Sequence record: OK254197.1
DNA: 64,000 nucleotides
Strand: one strand, 5' to 3'
Origin: Escherichia phage PNJ1902
A program made the position numbers and the translations under genes. Positions 9,573 through 20,726 of the stretch are shown piece after piece. Within the stretch, counting starts at the first letter, position 1, and each line of letters starts with the position of its first letter. The notes beneath the pieces are model-generated. The model did not search any database. It was not told where the DNA came from and saw only the letters and a program-made list of their open reading frames with translations.

Positions 9573-10472
9573 ATGTACTACTCTCTAATGAGAGAGTCAA
9601 AAGTTATAGTTGAGTATGATGGTAGGGCATTTCATTTTGATGCCCTATCAAACTATGATATACAGACTTCCTACGAGGAATTCAAGACTCTTCGTAGGAC
9701 TGTTCATCGTAGAACTAACTATGCAGACTCTATTATAAATGCTCAAACTCCCTCTTCTATCTCTCTAGCAGTAAATTTCAGCAATACTCTTACGGAGGCT
9801 AACTTCTTTGAATGGTTAGGTTTTGATAGAAAAGGTAATACTTTCTTACTCCCACTATATAGTAATAATATTGAACCTATTATGTTCAATATCTATATAG
9901 TAAACAAAGATAATAACTGTGTATATTTTGAAAACTGCTATGTATCTACAGTAGATTTTTCTTTAGATAAGAATATACCAATTCTTAATGTTGGTATTGA
10001 ATCGGGGAAATTTTCCGAAGTATCTACATATAGAGAAGCAGCTTCTATTATACAGGGTGAAGTAATGTCTTATAGCCCAGTAGTAGCTTCTACTAATGGT
10101 AGCATCTTACCCGGTCTTATCTCTGCCTCTTTATCTTTCCAGCAGCAGTGCTCTTGGAGAGAAGATAAGAGTGTTTTTGATATAAATAAAATTTATAATA
10201 ATAAAAGAGCTTATGTAACCGAAATGAATGCTTCGGCAACCATTTCTCTATACTACTTAAAACGTTTTGCAGGAGATATGGTTTATAATATAGAACCGGA
10301 GATAGATGTACCTTTAACGATAAGAAATAATAATATTTCTATAGATTTTCCTTCAGCACGTATTACAAAACGCCTAGAGTTCTCAGATGTGTATAGAGTT
10401 GAGTGGGATATTATACCTACTACTTCTTCAGACCCAGTGAGAATAGATTTCTTTGGAGAAATTAAAAAATGA
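9573..10472 (+). CDS. Putative tail protein (p140-like, tube-associated/collar)
   Basis: 299 aa ORF after tail tube; AT-rich codon usage; synteny with T5. Confidence 0.45.
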   Translation: MYYSLMRESKVIVEYDGRAFHFDALSNYDIQTSYEEFKTLRRTVHRRTNYADSIINAQTPSSISLAVNFSNTLTEANFFEWLGFDRKGNTFLLPLYSNNIEPIMFNIYIVNKDNNCVYFENCYVSTVDFSLDKNIPILNVGIESGKFSEVSTYREAASIIQGEVMSYSPVVASTNGSILPGLISASLSFQQQCSWREDKSVFDINKIYNNKRAYVTEMNASATISLYYLKRFAGDMVYNIEPEIDVPLTIRNNNISIDFPSARITKRLEFSDVYRVEWDIIPTTSSDPVRIDFFGEIKK

Positions 10473-10873
10473 TTAATTTAAAAGATATTACTCTTGATAC
10501 TCGTACTATTACTCTTTCCTACCCAGGTATGCCGAACTTTAAACTAGAACTTAACTATATGTCTCGTGCTACCTCTAAACGTGTTATTTCTTCTGCTAAA
10601 CGCGATGAATGGGTTAACGGTACTTTGGTTCAGGTACAGGATGATGATAAGTTTATTGAAGCTTTCGTCGATGCTGCGATTAAAGGTTGGACTGGTTTGA
10701 CTGTAGGTGACGTTGAAAAACTGATGCTGATTGAAACAGATGCTGATCCTGAGACTGAAGTTCCTTTTAGTCGCGATAATGCTGTAATGCTTATGCAGAA
10801 CTCTGCTGCGTTTGATTCTTGGATCAACCAGACAGTGTTCCACTTAGACACTTTTCGTAGCCCAAAAGCGTAA
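10469..10873 (+). CDS. Putative tail assembly chaperone
   Basis: 134 aa acidic ORF upstream of tape measure gene; ATGA overlap with previous gene. Confidence 0.35.
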   Translation: MINLKDITLDTRTITLSYPGMPNFKLELNYMSRATSKRVISSAKRDEWVNGTLVQVQDDDKFIEAFVDAAIKGWTGLTVGDVEKLMLIETDADPETEVPFSRDNAVMLMQNSAAFDSWINQTVFHLDTFRSPKA

Positions 10874-10934
10874 AGAACTTCTAGATGCTGTTGCTGATTT
10901 TGCAGATAAATGTATTAAAAGCTCAGCATCTAAA

Positions 10935-11303
10935 ATGACTAAACAACAATATTTAATACTTTGCGAGTCAATGGGTATAGAGCCTGATCCTAAGGCTATG
11001 CCCGTTGAACTCGAAGATTTTCCACCTATTGTATCTATTAGTATGAATATTTATAATAGTCTAATTGACTGTTTCATACCTGGTGACTTTCCTATTTTTA
11101 TAGGCAAGGATAAGGCTGCATTAGGTGTTTTATTTGATATTTATGGGATTACTGATCCTATAGAAAAAGAATTTGTTCTACACATTATCAATATATTTGA
11201 TGCTAAAGCTGTAGATGCTGCACGTAAACGTGCTGAGAAGCATAAACCGCAAAACGGGAGGATTCCTAACGTTAAGCCACATGCTAGATCTCGTGCACGG
11301 TAA
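10935..11303 (+). CDS. Hypothetical protein (possible second tail assembly chaperone)
   Basis: 122 aa ORF between chaperone candidate and tape measure gene. Confidence 0.3.
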   Translation: MTKQQYLILCESMGIEPDPKAMPVELEDFPPIVSISMNIYNSLIDCFIPGDFPIFIGKDKAALGVLFDIYGITDPIEKEFVLHIINIFDAKAVDAARKRAEKHKPQNGRIPNVKPHARSRAR

Positions 11304-11338
11304 AAGTTTCCTCCAATGGGCGTTCCACGATGAGGCTT

Positions 11339-11370
11339 GGCTCTGGGTGATTTGCCCAGAGCCTTTTTTA
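11339..11370 (+). terminator. Rho-independent terminator upstream of tape measure gene
   Basis: GGCTCTGGG-loop-CCCAGAGCC hairpin plus TTTTTTA; followed by the same TTATTGGGAAAATAAA motif seen after the capsid terminator. Confidence 0.7.
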
Positions 11371-11385
11371 TTGGGAAAATAAAAC

Positions 11386-14300
11386 ATGACTGATAAGCTA
11401 ATACGAGAATTACTAATAGACGTTAAACAGAAGGGGGCAACTCGTACTGCAAAGTCTATTGAAAACGTATCTGATGCGTTAGAAAACGCTGCTGCTGCTT
11501 CCGAACTGACAAATGAGCAGTTAGGTAAAATGCCCAAAACCCTTTACTCCATTGAGAGGGCAGCAGATAGAGCAGCAAAAAGTCTTACTAAAATGCAAGC
11601 AAGCCGAGGTATGCTTAGTGTTACTAAATCTATAAATGATATAGGGGCTAAGTTAGATGACCTTGCTATCCAACTTATTGAAGTAACAGATAAACTAGAG
11701 ATGGGATTCGATGGAGTTTCTAGATCTGTTAAAGCAATGGGTAATGATGTTGCAGCTGCAACAGAGAAAGTTCAAGATAGATTATATGATACTAATAGAG
11801 CATTAGGTGGCACATCTAGGGGTTTTAATGATACTGCTGGTGCCGCTGGTAGAGCTTCTAGAGCTATTGGTAATACTTCTGGTTCAGCACGTGGCGCCAC
11901 TCGTGATTTTGCAGCAATGGCTAAGATCGGTGGTGGTTTACCTATACTATATGCAGCTATTGCTTCCAACATCTACGTTTTACAATCTGCATTCGAACAA
12001 CTTAAACTAGGTGATCAGCTAAACAGATTGGAACAGTTTGGTGTTATAGTAGGTACTCAGACAGGTACTCCTGTTCAGTCCCTTGCTAGATCGCTACAAG
12101 AAGCTGCTGGATATGCAATCTCTTTTGAAGAAGCTATGCGTCAAGCATCTACTGCCTCCGCTTATGGATTTGACAATGAACAACTGGAGCAGTTTGGTTT
12201 GATAGCACGTCGTGCGGCTGCTGTTCTTGGTGTTGATATGACTGATGCACTTAACCGTGTAATTAAGGGTATATCTAAACAAGAAATCGAACTTATGGAT
12301 GAACTTGGTATTACTATTCGTCTTAACGATGCTTATGCTGACTATGTTAAACAGCTAAATGCTGCTAACACGGGTATAACTTATAACATTAATAGTCTTA
12401 CTACTTTCCAGAAACAGCAGGCATACGCTAAGGCTGCTATAGCAGAATCTACTAAACAATTCGGGTATCTAGATGAAGTTCTGCGTGCTACTCCGTGGGA
12501 GCAGTTTGCTGCTAACGCAGATGCTGCACTAAGAACAATACAACAAGCTGCTGCTAAGTATTTAGGGCCAGTAGTCGATGCCATCAATACGGTATTCTAT
12601 ATATCTCAGGCTTCTATATCTGCTGAAGCAGCTAGAGCTCAAGAAAAAACTAATAAACAGATAGATCCTACCAACGTTGGTGCTGTTGCTTTAAGTTTAT
12701 CTGCTTCTGAAGAGGGGTATAATAAAGCTCTGGATATGTATAGAGAGTCTCTGGATAAACGTAACAAACTAAAGGCCGAGTTTGATAAACGTATGTCCCA
12801 AGCAGATGCTAGTACTGCAGCCGCTATTAGATTGGTGGGTGAGGGAATGCCTGTTGGGTTAGCTGCTGGAGGATTTGAAGTAGGAGGAGTGCGCATAGGT
12901 TCTTCCGAAGCTAACAAACAATTTGTAGCAGAAACTGCCGCTATGGGACTACAAGTAGCACGCTTAGATAAAGAAGTTGCAGATTCTACTGAAAACCTTA
13001 ATGCTTGGAAATCAGCGTTTCAAACTGCCGGAGCTGCTGTTGCAAAAGCTAATCCAGAGTTCCAGAAACAGATTAATCTACAGAAAGATGCTACGGATCC
13101 TGATGCTGTATATGACTTTAACTCTGCTGCTCTAAAGGGTCTAGTAGAGCAACAAAAAGCATATAATCAAACTAAGAAAACTTCTGGTGATTTAGCTAAT
13201 GACTTTCAAAATATAGCTAGTAGCACAGATACTGCTGCTAAAACTAGTGCAACTTTTGAAGAGGTAATTAGAAATGTAGAATCTCTCTCCGCAGGAACTG
13301 GTAAGAGTGCTGATGAGTACGTTAAAAGTCTCAACTTAGGGTTTAACACTCTATCTGAAATGAAAACTGCATCCCAGGCGCTATCTGAATACGTTAAATT
13401 AACTGGTAATGAAACTAAAAATCAGTTAGCAGTCCAACAGAAGATAGCTGACGTATACAACCAAACTAAAGATAAAGAAAAGGCACAGGAAGCCGGTAGG
13501 CATTTAGAACTCCAACAGTTAGAAGAGCGAGAAGCTGCTTTACGCCGTGTTCTTCAAACAAACCAGGGAAATAAAGCTGTTGAGAAAGAAATTGAAAAAG
13601 TTCAGCTGGAGAAACTTAAACTTACTAACCAGGATATGGAAGCTAAGAAGAAAGTTAAGGACTATACGGATAAAATTCTTGGTGTTGATCGTGAGATAGC
13701 TCTTCTGAATGACCGTACTATGACTACTACTCAGTATCGTTTGGCGCAGTTAAGACTAGAGCTACAGTTAGAGCAGGAAAAAACGGAATTATACTCTAAA
13801 CAAGCGGATGGCCAAGCTAAAGCAGAACAGTCTAGACGTGCTCAAGCGCAAATAAGTAGAGAACTATGGGAAGCGGAGAAACAAGCTACTGCCTCGCATG
13901 TGTCAGCTCTCATGGATGCCTTAGAGGTTAGCCAAACGCAGAGAAATGTCACTGGTCAGTCCCAGATTCTCACTGAAAGGTTATCTATTCTGCAGCAACA
14001 GCTGGAGCTATCTAAAGATAATACTGAAGAAGAAATTAAATATCGTAATGAGATTTATAAAACTTCAGCAGCCTTAGAACAGCTTAAAAAGCAAAGAGAG
14101 GATCAAAAGTACAAATCAGTCGTATCCTCACTAGGGGGTACCTTCACTCCTACCTATGGATTATCTGGTGCTGATAAGGAGTTTGCTGATTTTGAGAATA
14201 GAATGTCTATGTATGATCAGGCTATAGCTAAGATGTCAGAAGTAGATTCTGCTTCTACAGCACTGGCTAACAGCATAGGTAATTTCTCCTTAGCAGTGGT

Positions 14301-15093
14301 GGCTAATGCACAAGATAGCTTGGATAGTATAACAACCATATCTGCAGGTATGCAGATGGTGGGACAGATGATGGCATATTCCGCTAACCAGCAAATAAGT
14401 GCAATAGACCAGGCTATTGCAGCAGAACAGAAGCGTGATGGTAAATCTGAGGAATCTAAAGCTAAAATCAAGAAGTTGGAGGCAGAAAAGACTAAGATAC
14501 AGCAGCGAGAAGCTAAAAAGCAAATAATCATATCTACAGCCGTAGCTATGATGAACGCTGCAGCTACCCGTCCGTTCTTACCATTAGGGTTAACGATGAT
14601 GGCCACTGCGGCTGCTGCAGGTGCACTATCCTTAGCCTCTGCTTCTAGTGCATCCTCTATACCCTCTGTGGATTCTGGAGCAAATACAACTAGTTACTTA
14701 ACCTTAGGAGAGCGCCAAAAGAATATAGATGTGTCTATGTCTGCTAATGCTGGTGAATTATCTTATATTCGTGGCGATAAAGGCATAGGCGGTGCTAACT
14801 CTTTCGTTCCTCGTGCTGAGGGTGGTAATATGTACCCTGGGGTTAGCTATCAAATGGGTGAACATGGTACAGAAGTAGTTACCCCTATGGTTCCTATGAA
14901 AGCTACACCTAATGATGAGCTAAAAACTTCATCTAACTCAACTTCAGGAAGACCTATCATCCTGAATATTAGTGCTATGGATGCTGCAAGTTTTAGAGAG
15001 TTTGCTTCTAGTAATAGTGGTGCTCTAAGAGACGCAGTAGAATTAGCTCTGAATGAGAACGGTGCTAGTCTGAAAACATTGGGAAATTCTTAA
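11386..15093 (+). CDS. Tail tape measure protein (pb2-like)
   Basis: 1235 aa; long alanine/glutamine-rich coiled-coil regions, C-terminal hydrophobic segment; position before distal tail protein. Confidence 0.9.
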   Translation: MTDKLIRELLIDVKQKGATRTAKSIENVSDALENAAAASELTNEQLGKMPKTLYSIERAADRAAKSLTKMQASRGMLSVTKSINDIGAKLDDLAIQLIEVTDKLEMGFDGVSRSVKAMGNDVAAATEKVQDRLYDTNRALGGTSRGFNDTAGAAGRASRAIGNTSGSARGATRDFAAMAKIGGGLPILYAAIASNIYVLQSAFEQLKLGDQLNRLEQFGVIVGTQTGTPVQSLARSLQEAAGYAISFEEAMRQASTASAYGFDNEQLEQFGLIARRAAAVLGVDMTDALNRVIKGISKQEIELMDELGITIRLNDAYADYVKQLNAANTGITYNINSLTTFQKQQAYAKAAIAESTKQFGYLDEVLRATPWEQFAANADAALRTIQQAAAKYLGPVVDAINTVFYISQASISAEAARAQEKTNKQIDPTNVGAVALSLSASEEGYNKALDMYRESLDKRNKLKAEFDKRMSQADASTAAAIRLVGEGMPVGLAAGGFEVGGVRIGSSEANKQFVAETAAMGLQVARLDKEVADSTENLNAWKSAFQTAGAAVAKANPEFQKQINLQKDATDPDAVYDFNSAALKGLVEQQKAYNQTKKTSGDLANDFQNIASSTDTAAKTSATFEEVIRNVESLSAGTGKSADEYVKSLNLGFNTLSEMKTASQALSEYVKLTGNETKNQLAVQQKIADVYNQTKDKEKAQEAGRHLELQQLEEREAALRRVLQTNQGNKAVEKEIEKVQLEKLKLTNQDMEAKKKVKDYTDKILGVDREIALLNDRTMTTTQYRLAQLRLELQLEQEKTELYSKQADGQAKAEQSRRAQAQISRELWEAEKQATASHVSALMDALEVSQTQRNVTGQSQILTERLSILQQQLELSKDNTEEEIKYRNEIYKTSAALEQLKKQREDQKYKSVVSSLGGTFTPTYGLSGADKEFADFENRMSMYDQAIAKMSEVDSASTALANSIGNFSLAVVANAQDSLDSITTISAGMQMVGQMMAYSANQQISAIDQAIAAEQKRDGKSEESKAKIKKLEAEKTKIQQREAKKQIIISTAVAMMNAAATRPFLPLGLTMMATAAAAGALSLASASSASSIPSVDSGANTTSYLTLGERQKNIDVSMSANAGELSYIRGDKGIGGANSFVPRAEGGNMYPGVSYQMGEHGTEVVTPMVPMKATPNDELKTSSNSTSGRPIILNISAMDAASFREFASSNSGALRDAVELALNENGASLKTLGNS

Positions 15094-15098
15094 AACTG

Positions 15099-15128
15099 GA
15101 GGAGGACTTTGAGTCCTCCTTTTCTTTA
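15099..15128 (+). terminator. Rho-independent terminator after tape measure gene
   Basis: GGAGGAC-TTTGA-GTCCTCC hairpin followed by TTTTCTTTAT. Confidence 0.7.
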
Positions 15129-15146
15129 TGGAAAAATAAAAATTTC

Positions 15147-15175
15147 TTGATAAAATTTTCTAATACTATTATAAT
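15147..15175 (+). promoter_or_regulatory. Sigma70-like promoter upstream of distal tail protein gene
   Basis: TTGATA - 17 bp - TATAAT, followed by strong RBS AAAGAGGAGAAA. Confidence 0.5.
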
Positions 15176-15202
15176 ATTGTTATTAAAGAGGAGAAATTAA
15201 CT

Positions 15203-15817
15203 ATGAGATTACCAGACCCATACACGAATCCAGAACTTTCAGGCTTAGGATTCGAAAGTGTTAACCTGATTGATAATGACCCAGTAATTCGTGATGAGTT
15301 ACCAAATGGTAAAGTTAACGAAGTTAAGGTATCTGCTCAATACTGGGGTATAAATATTTCTTATCCAGAATTATTTCCAGATGAATATAGTGTTCTAGAT
15401 GCTTTTATTCTAGAATACAAAAGGACTGGTGGTTATATTGATGTTATACTACCACAATACGAAGCTTTTAGAGTTAGAGGTAATACTAGTCTAGTAAGTA
15501 TACCTGCTGGACAGAAGGGTTCTAATATAACTATGGATACAAAAGGACTTCTTACAGGTACTCCAAAACCTGGTGACCTGTTTAAGCTGTCCAACCACCC
15601 AAAAGTATATAAAATAACATCATTCAGTAAATCAGGCAATACGTGGTCTATGAACTTATACCCTGATTTATTTATAACTACTACTGGAGCAGAGAAGCCA
15701 GTATTTAATGGAATACTATTTAGAACAAAACTTATGAATGGTGATGCTTTTGGATCTACACTAAATAATAATGGAACATACTCCAACATCTCATTAAACT
15801 TACGGGAAAGTCTATGA
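15203..15817 (+). CDS. Distal tail protein (pb9-like)
   Basis: 204 aa, same length as T5 pb9; directly after tape measure; ATGA overlap with next gene. Confidence 0.8.
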   Translation: MRLPDPYTNPELSGLGFESVNLIDNDPVIRDELPNGKVNEVKVSAQYWGINISYPELFPDEYSVLDAFILEYKRTGGYIDVILPQYEAFRVRGNTSLVSIPAGQKGSNITMDTKGLLTGTPKPGDLFKLSNHPKVYKITSFSKSGNTWSMNLYPDLFITTTGAEKPVFNGILFRTKLMNGDAFGSTLNNNGTYSNISLNLRESL

Positions 15818-18663
15818 AAAAAATATTAGATAGTGCTAGAAGCTACTTAAAAACTAACAGCAGAATAAAAACTGCTAGTCTAATTTCTCTAGAGTTGCCT
15901 AGCTCTACTGGTACTAGTACTGCTTTTATTTATTTAACTGATTATTTTAGAGATGTACTATATAATGGTATTTTGTATCAGGCTGGTAAAGTTAAATCTA
16001 TTAGCGCACATAAACAAAACAGAGATTTATCTATTGGCAGTCTATCTTTTACTATTACGGGTACAGCGCAGGATGAAGTACTGAAATTAGTGCAGAATGG
16101 TGTGTCCTTTTTAGATAGAACAGTATCAATCCACCAAGCAATTATTACAGAGGATGGTTCTATTTTACCTGTAGACCCAGACACAAACGGGCCTTTATTA
16201 TACTTTAGAGGTAGAATTACTGGTGGAGGTATTAAGGATAATATTAGTACTTCGGGAGTTGGAACCTCCACAATTACTTGGAATTGTTCTAACCAATTCT
16301 ATGATTTTGATAGGGTTAATGGTAGATTTACTGACGATGCTTCTCACAGAGGGCTTGAAGTTGTGGCAGGACAATTAGTTCCATCTAACGGGGCTAAAAG
16401 ACTTGAATATCAAGAAGATTATGGGTTCTTTCATGCTAATAAAAGTATCTCTATTTTAGCAAAATATCAGGTACAGGAAGAAAGATACAAGCTAAAGTCT
16501 AAGAAAAAGCTATTTGGCTTATCTAGAAGCTATAGTCTTAAAAAGTATTATGAGACTGTTACTAAAGAAGTAGATATAGATTTTAACCTTGCTGCTAAAT
16601 ATATACCAGTAGTTTATGGTGTACAGAAAATACCTGGAATACCTATTTTTGCGGATACGGAATTACATAATCCTAATATAGTTTACGTAGTATATGCTTT
16701 TGCTGAAGGAGAGATAGACGGTTTTCTTGACTTTTCCTTTGGTGATAATCCTATGATTTGTATGGACTCTAATGATAGCTCTGCTAGAACCTGCTTCGGT
16801 GTTAAAAAAGTAGCAGGAGACACCATGCAAAGAATAGCATCAGGAATATCTTCTAGTAGTCCTTCTGTGCATGGCCAGGAATATAAATATAACGATGGTA
16901 ATGGTGATATAAGGATTTGGACTTATCATGGAAAAGCCGATCAAACTGCTTCTGAAGTATTAGTAAATATAGCGAAGGAGCGTGGGTTCTATCTCCAAAG
17001 TATGAACGGTAATGGACCTGAGTACTGGGATGCTAGATATAAACTATTAGATACTGCATACGCGGTAGTACGCTTTACTATTAATGAAAATAGAACTGAG
17101 ATCCCAGAAGTTAGTGCTGAGATTCAGGGTAAGAAGATAAAAATCTATCATTCTGATGGTAGAGTAACTGCTAATAGCACTAGTTTAAATGGTATCTGGC
17201 AAACACTTGATTACTTAACTTCAGATAGATACGGTGCCAACATTACTATTGATCAGTTCCCTCTTCAACAATTGATACAAGAAGCTGCTATCCTAGATAT
17301 TATAGATGAATCTTACCAAGTATCCTGGCAGCCATACTGGAGATATGTTGGGTGGACTGATCCATTAGCAGAAAATAGACAAATAGTACAAATGAATACT
17401 ATTCTAGATACATCTGAATCTGTATTTAAAAACGTGCAAGGTTTACTAGAGTCCTACGGTGGGGCTATTAACAACTTATCTGGTCAATATAGAATTACTG
17501 TAGAAAAATATTCTAATACTCCATTAGAGATTAATTTTCCGGATACTTATGGTGATTTAGAGCTATCAGATACTACTGGTAGAAATAAATTCAACTCAGT
17601 TCAAGCATCTATCGTAGACCCGGCTCTTAGCTGGAAGACTAACTCTATTACCTTTTACAACTCTAAATATAAAGAGCAAGATAAAAATTTAGACAAAAAA
17701 TTACAATTATCTTTTGCAAATATAACTAACTACTATACTGCTAGAAGTTTTGCAGACAGAGAACTTAAGAAATCTAGGTATTCTAGAACCCTCTCATTTT
17801 CTTTACCATATCAATTCATTGGTATTGAACCTAACGATGCTATTGCATTTACATACGACCGTTACGGATGGGATAAGAAGTACTTTTTAGTAGATGAAGT
17901 CGAAAACTCTAGGGAAGGAAAGATAAATGTTACTTTACAGGAGTATGGGGAAGATGTATTTATCAACTCTGATCAAGTAGATAATAGTGGTAATGATATA
18001 CCAGATATTAGTAACAATGTTCTTCCTCCTAGAGATTTTAAATATACCCCTACACCCGGTGGTTTAGTTGGTTCTATAGGAAAAAATGGTGAGTTATCTT
18101 GGCTTCCAAGCTTAACTAATAATGTAGTTTATTACTCTATCGTGCATTCCGGTCATGCTGAGCCTTATATTGTGCAGCAACTAGAAACAAATCCCAATGA
18201 ACGCATGATCCAAGAGATAATTGGAGAGCCTGCAGGTTTAGCAATATTTGAAATAAGGGCTGTGGATATAAATGGTAGGAGAAGTTCTCCAGTAACATTA
18301 TCTATAGAACTTAACTCTGCTAAAAACCTAAGCGTAGTATCTAATTTTAGGGTAACTAATACGGCTTCTGGGGATGTAACTGAGTTTGTAGGCCCAGATG
18401 TAAAACTAGCTTGGGATAGGATACCAGAAGAAGATATAATAGAAAGTATATTCTATACTCTGGAGATCTATGATTCTCAGAATAGAATGCTAAGAAGTGT
18501 ACGTATTGAAAATCAGTATACTTATGACTATTTATTAATGTATAATAAGGCAGATTTTGCTCTTCATAACAGCGATGCTCTAGGAATCAATAGAAAACTA
18601 TATTTTCGTATTAGAGCAGAAGGAGATGATGGAGAACAGTCTGTGGAGTGGGCATCCATTTAA
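15814..18663 (+). CDS. Baseplate hub / tail tip protein (pb3-like)
   Basis: 949 aa, same length as T5 pb3; synteny. Confidence 0.85.
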   Translation: MKKILDSARSYLKTNSRIKTASLISLELPSSTGTSTAFIYLTDYFRDVLYNGILYQAGKVKSISAHKQNRDLSIGSLSFTITGTAQDEVLKLVQNGVSFLDRTVSIHQAIITEDGSILPVDPDTNGPLLYFRGRITGGGIKDNISTSGVGTSTITWNCSNQFYDFDRVNGRFTDDASHRGLEVVAGQLVPSNGAKRLEYQEDYGFFHANKSISILAKYQVQEERYKLKSKKKLFGLSRSYSLKKYYETVTKEVDIDFNLAAKYIPVVYGVQKIPGIPIFADTELHNPNIVYVVYAFAEGEIDGFLDFSFGDNPMICMDSNDSSARTCFGVKKVAGDTMQRIASGISSSSPSVHGQEYKYNDGNGDIRIWTYHGKADQTASEVLVNIAKERGFYLQSMNGNGPEYWDARYKLLDTAYAVVRFTINENRTEIPEVSAEIQGKKIKIYHSDGRVTANSTSLNGIWQTLDYLTSDRYGANITIDQFPLQQLIQEAAILDIIDESYQVSWQPYWRYVGWTDPLAENRQIVQMNTILDTSESVFKNVQGLLESYGGAINNLSGQYRITVEKYSNTPLEINFPDTYGDLELSDTTGRNKFNSVQASIVDPALSWKTNSITFYNSKYKEQDKNLDKKLQLSFANITNYYTARSFADRELKKSRYSRTLSFSLPYQFIGIEPNDAIAFTYDRYGWDKKYFLVDEVENSREGKINVTLQEYGEDVFINSDQVDNSGNDIPDISNNVLPPRDFKYTPTPGGLVGSIGKNGELSWLPSLTNNVVYYSIVHSGHAEPYIVQQLETNPNERMIQEIIGEPAGLAIFEIRAVDINGRRSSPVTLSIELNSAKNLSVVSNFRVTNTASGDVTEFVGPDVKLAWDRIPEEDIIESIFYTLEIYDSQNRMLRSVRIENQYTYDYLLMYNKADFALHNSDALGINRKLYFRIRAEGDDGEQSVEWASI

Positions 18664-20720
18664 TGATTTCGAATAATGCACCAGCCAAAATGGTCTTAAA
18701 TAGTATAATGACTGGATATACAATGGCATATGTCCAGCACTCTATATATACTGACTATGACGTTATTGGTAGATCTTTTTGGTTAAAGACAGGAGAAAGT
18801 ATAGATAGACGTGATTATACTGGTATAGATACTTTCTTCGTAATGATTAATAACCTGACCCCTTCAACCTCTTATGAGATTCAAGGGGCTTTCTACGACT
18901 CTATTATTGATTCTGAACTGCTAGAGGCTAAGATTGGTATCAATCTCTCTAATGAGACTAACTTTAGGACAAAAGAGAAGCCAACAATTGTTGCAGCAAG
19001 ATCCGAGTCAGAACCTGTGGATGTTGGGGTAGGTGCACCGATAGTTGTTGTAGAAACAACTGGTGAAGCAAGCTACTGTACTATTGAGTTAAAAAGTACA
19101 GCTACTGAAGACAGTCCTTGGACTAAGTATTACATTGGTGCTTTAGGTTCTACTATTAAATTTGGTGGAGTTCCTATCGGAGATTATAAGATCAGAATAT
19201 CTGGTCAAGTAACTATGCCTGATGGTGTTACAGTTGATTCTTCTGGGTACTATGAATTCCCTAATATTTTAACAGTAGCTTATAATTTTGTTCCTCCTAC
19301 CGCACCGATTAATATTATTTTTAAAGCTGCACGAATTGCTGATGGTAAAGAACGCTATGATGTTAGAATTGAGTGGGATTGGGAACGCGGTGGTGGTGCT
19401 AATGTTCGTGAGTTCTTAGTTACATATATAAATTCTGAAGAATACGCTAAGACTGGCTGGGCTAAAGCTCAAAAGATAAACGTTGGTGCTGCCAGAGCTG
19501 CAACAATTATATCCTTTCCATGGAAAGTTGAGCATACTTTTAAGGTATCATCAATTGCCTGGGGACCAAATAAGCAGGACATAACAGAATCAGCTCCTGT
19601 AACATTTATATTGAATGAAGATACTCCTCTAGATAACAGCTTTGTCAATGAGACTGGTATTGATGTTAACTATGCCTTTATTAAGGGCAGTATGAAAGAT
19701 GGAGAAATCTGGAGACAGACATTCTTAATCGATGCAGCTACTGGTGCTATTAACATTGGTCTGCTAGATGAAGAAGGAAAAGCACCTATTTCTTTTGATC
19801 CTATAAACCGGGTTGTTAACGTTGATGGTAAAGTAATTACTAGAGATATTAATGCTGCGAACTTTATCATGACTAACTTATCTGGTAAGGATAATCCAGC
19901 AATTTACACTCAGGGTAAATCTTGGGGAGATAATAACTCCGGTATTTGGATGGGCATGGATAATACCTCTGCCAAAGCAAAACTAGACATTGGTAATGCC
20001 ACACAATGGATTCGTTATGATGGTGATACTCTTCGTATCTCTAGTGGAGTTGTTATTGGAACTCCTAATGGTGACGTAGATATTGGTACTGGGATGCAGG
20101 GTAAACAAACAGTATTTGTTTATAAGTTAGCAACATCTCTACCCGCTAAACCACTAGAACAAGATTATCCGCCTCCTGGTTGGTCAAAAACTCCACCTAA
20201 TCGTACAGATATGACACAAAATATCTATGCGACTACGGGTACACTTGATCCAGTTACTAATAAACTTCTTGCAGGTACTAGCTGGTCTGATGTAGTTCAA
20301 TGGAGTGGTACTGAAGGTACTATCGGTGCAGATGGGCAAAGAGGTCCTGGCATGTATTCCTTAGGTATTCCAGGTCTTGGAGGCTGGGATGACGGGCAAG
20401 CTAACGCCTTCTTCCAGAATAACTTTGGTAGTCCACCAGTTAGATATGATGTATTGACTGAGTTTAATAGTAATGCTCCGCAATCCGCATTTACAAGGCA
20501 ATGGAATGGATCTGGTTGGGTTAACCCTGCAATGGTTCTACACGGAAACATGATTGTTAATGGAACGGTGACGGCAGATAAAATTGTAGCAGGAAATGCT
20601 TTCTTATCTCAGATCGGTGTTAACATCATTTATGATAGGAACGCTGCGTTATCAGGAAATCCTGAGGCATACTACAAGATGAAGATAGACCTGAATAGTG
20701 GGTATATCCATATAAGGTAA
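18663..20720 (+). CDS. Tail tip central fibre protein (pb4-like)
   Basis: About 685 aa from ATG at 18663 (TAATG overlap with pb3 stop); alternative GTG start at 18648; synteny with T5 pb4. Confidence 0.8.
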   Translation: MISNNAPAKMVLNSIMTGYTMAYVQHSIYTDYDVIGRSFWLKTGESIDRRDYTGIDTFFVMINNLTPSTSYEIQGAFYDSIIDSELLEAKIGINLSNETNFRTKEKPTIVAARSESEPVDVGVGAPIVVVETTGEASYCTIELKSTATEDSPWTKYYIGALGSTIKFGGVPIGDYKIRISGQVTMPDGVTVDSSGYYEFPNILTVAYNFVPPTAPINIIFKAARIADGKERYDVRIEWDWERGGGANVREFLVTYINSEEYAKTGWAKAQKINVGAARAATIISFPWKVEHTFKVSSIAWGPNKQDITESAPVTFILNEDTPLDNSFVNETGIDVNYAFIKGSMKDGEIWRQTFLIDAATGAINIGLLDEEGKAPISFDPINRVVNVDGKVITRDINAANFIMTNLSGKDNPAIYTQGKSWGDNNSGIWMGMDNTSAKAKLDIGNATQWIRYDGDTLRISSGVVIGTPNGDVDIGTGMQGKQTVFVYKLATSLPAKPLEQDYPPPGWSKTPPNRTDMTQNIYATTGTLDPVTNKLLAGTSWSDVVQWSGTEGTIGADGQRGPGMYSLGIPGLGGWDDGQANAFFQNNFGSPPVRYDVLTEFNSNAPQSAFTRQWNGSGWVNPAMVLHGNMIVNGTVTADKIVAGNAFLSQIGVNIIYDRNAALSGNPEAYYKMKIDLNSGYIHIR

Positions 20721-20726
20721 TAAATA

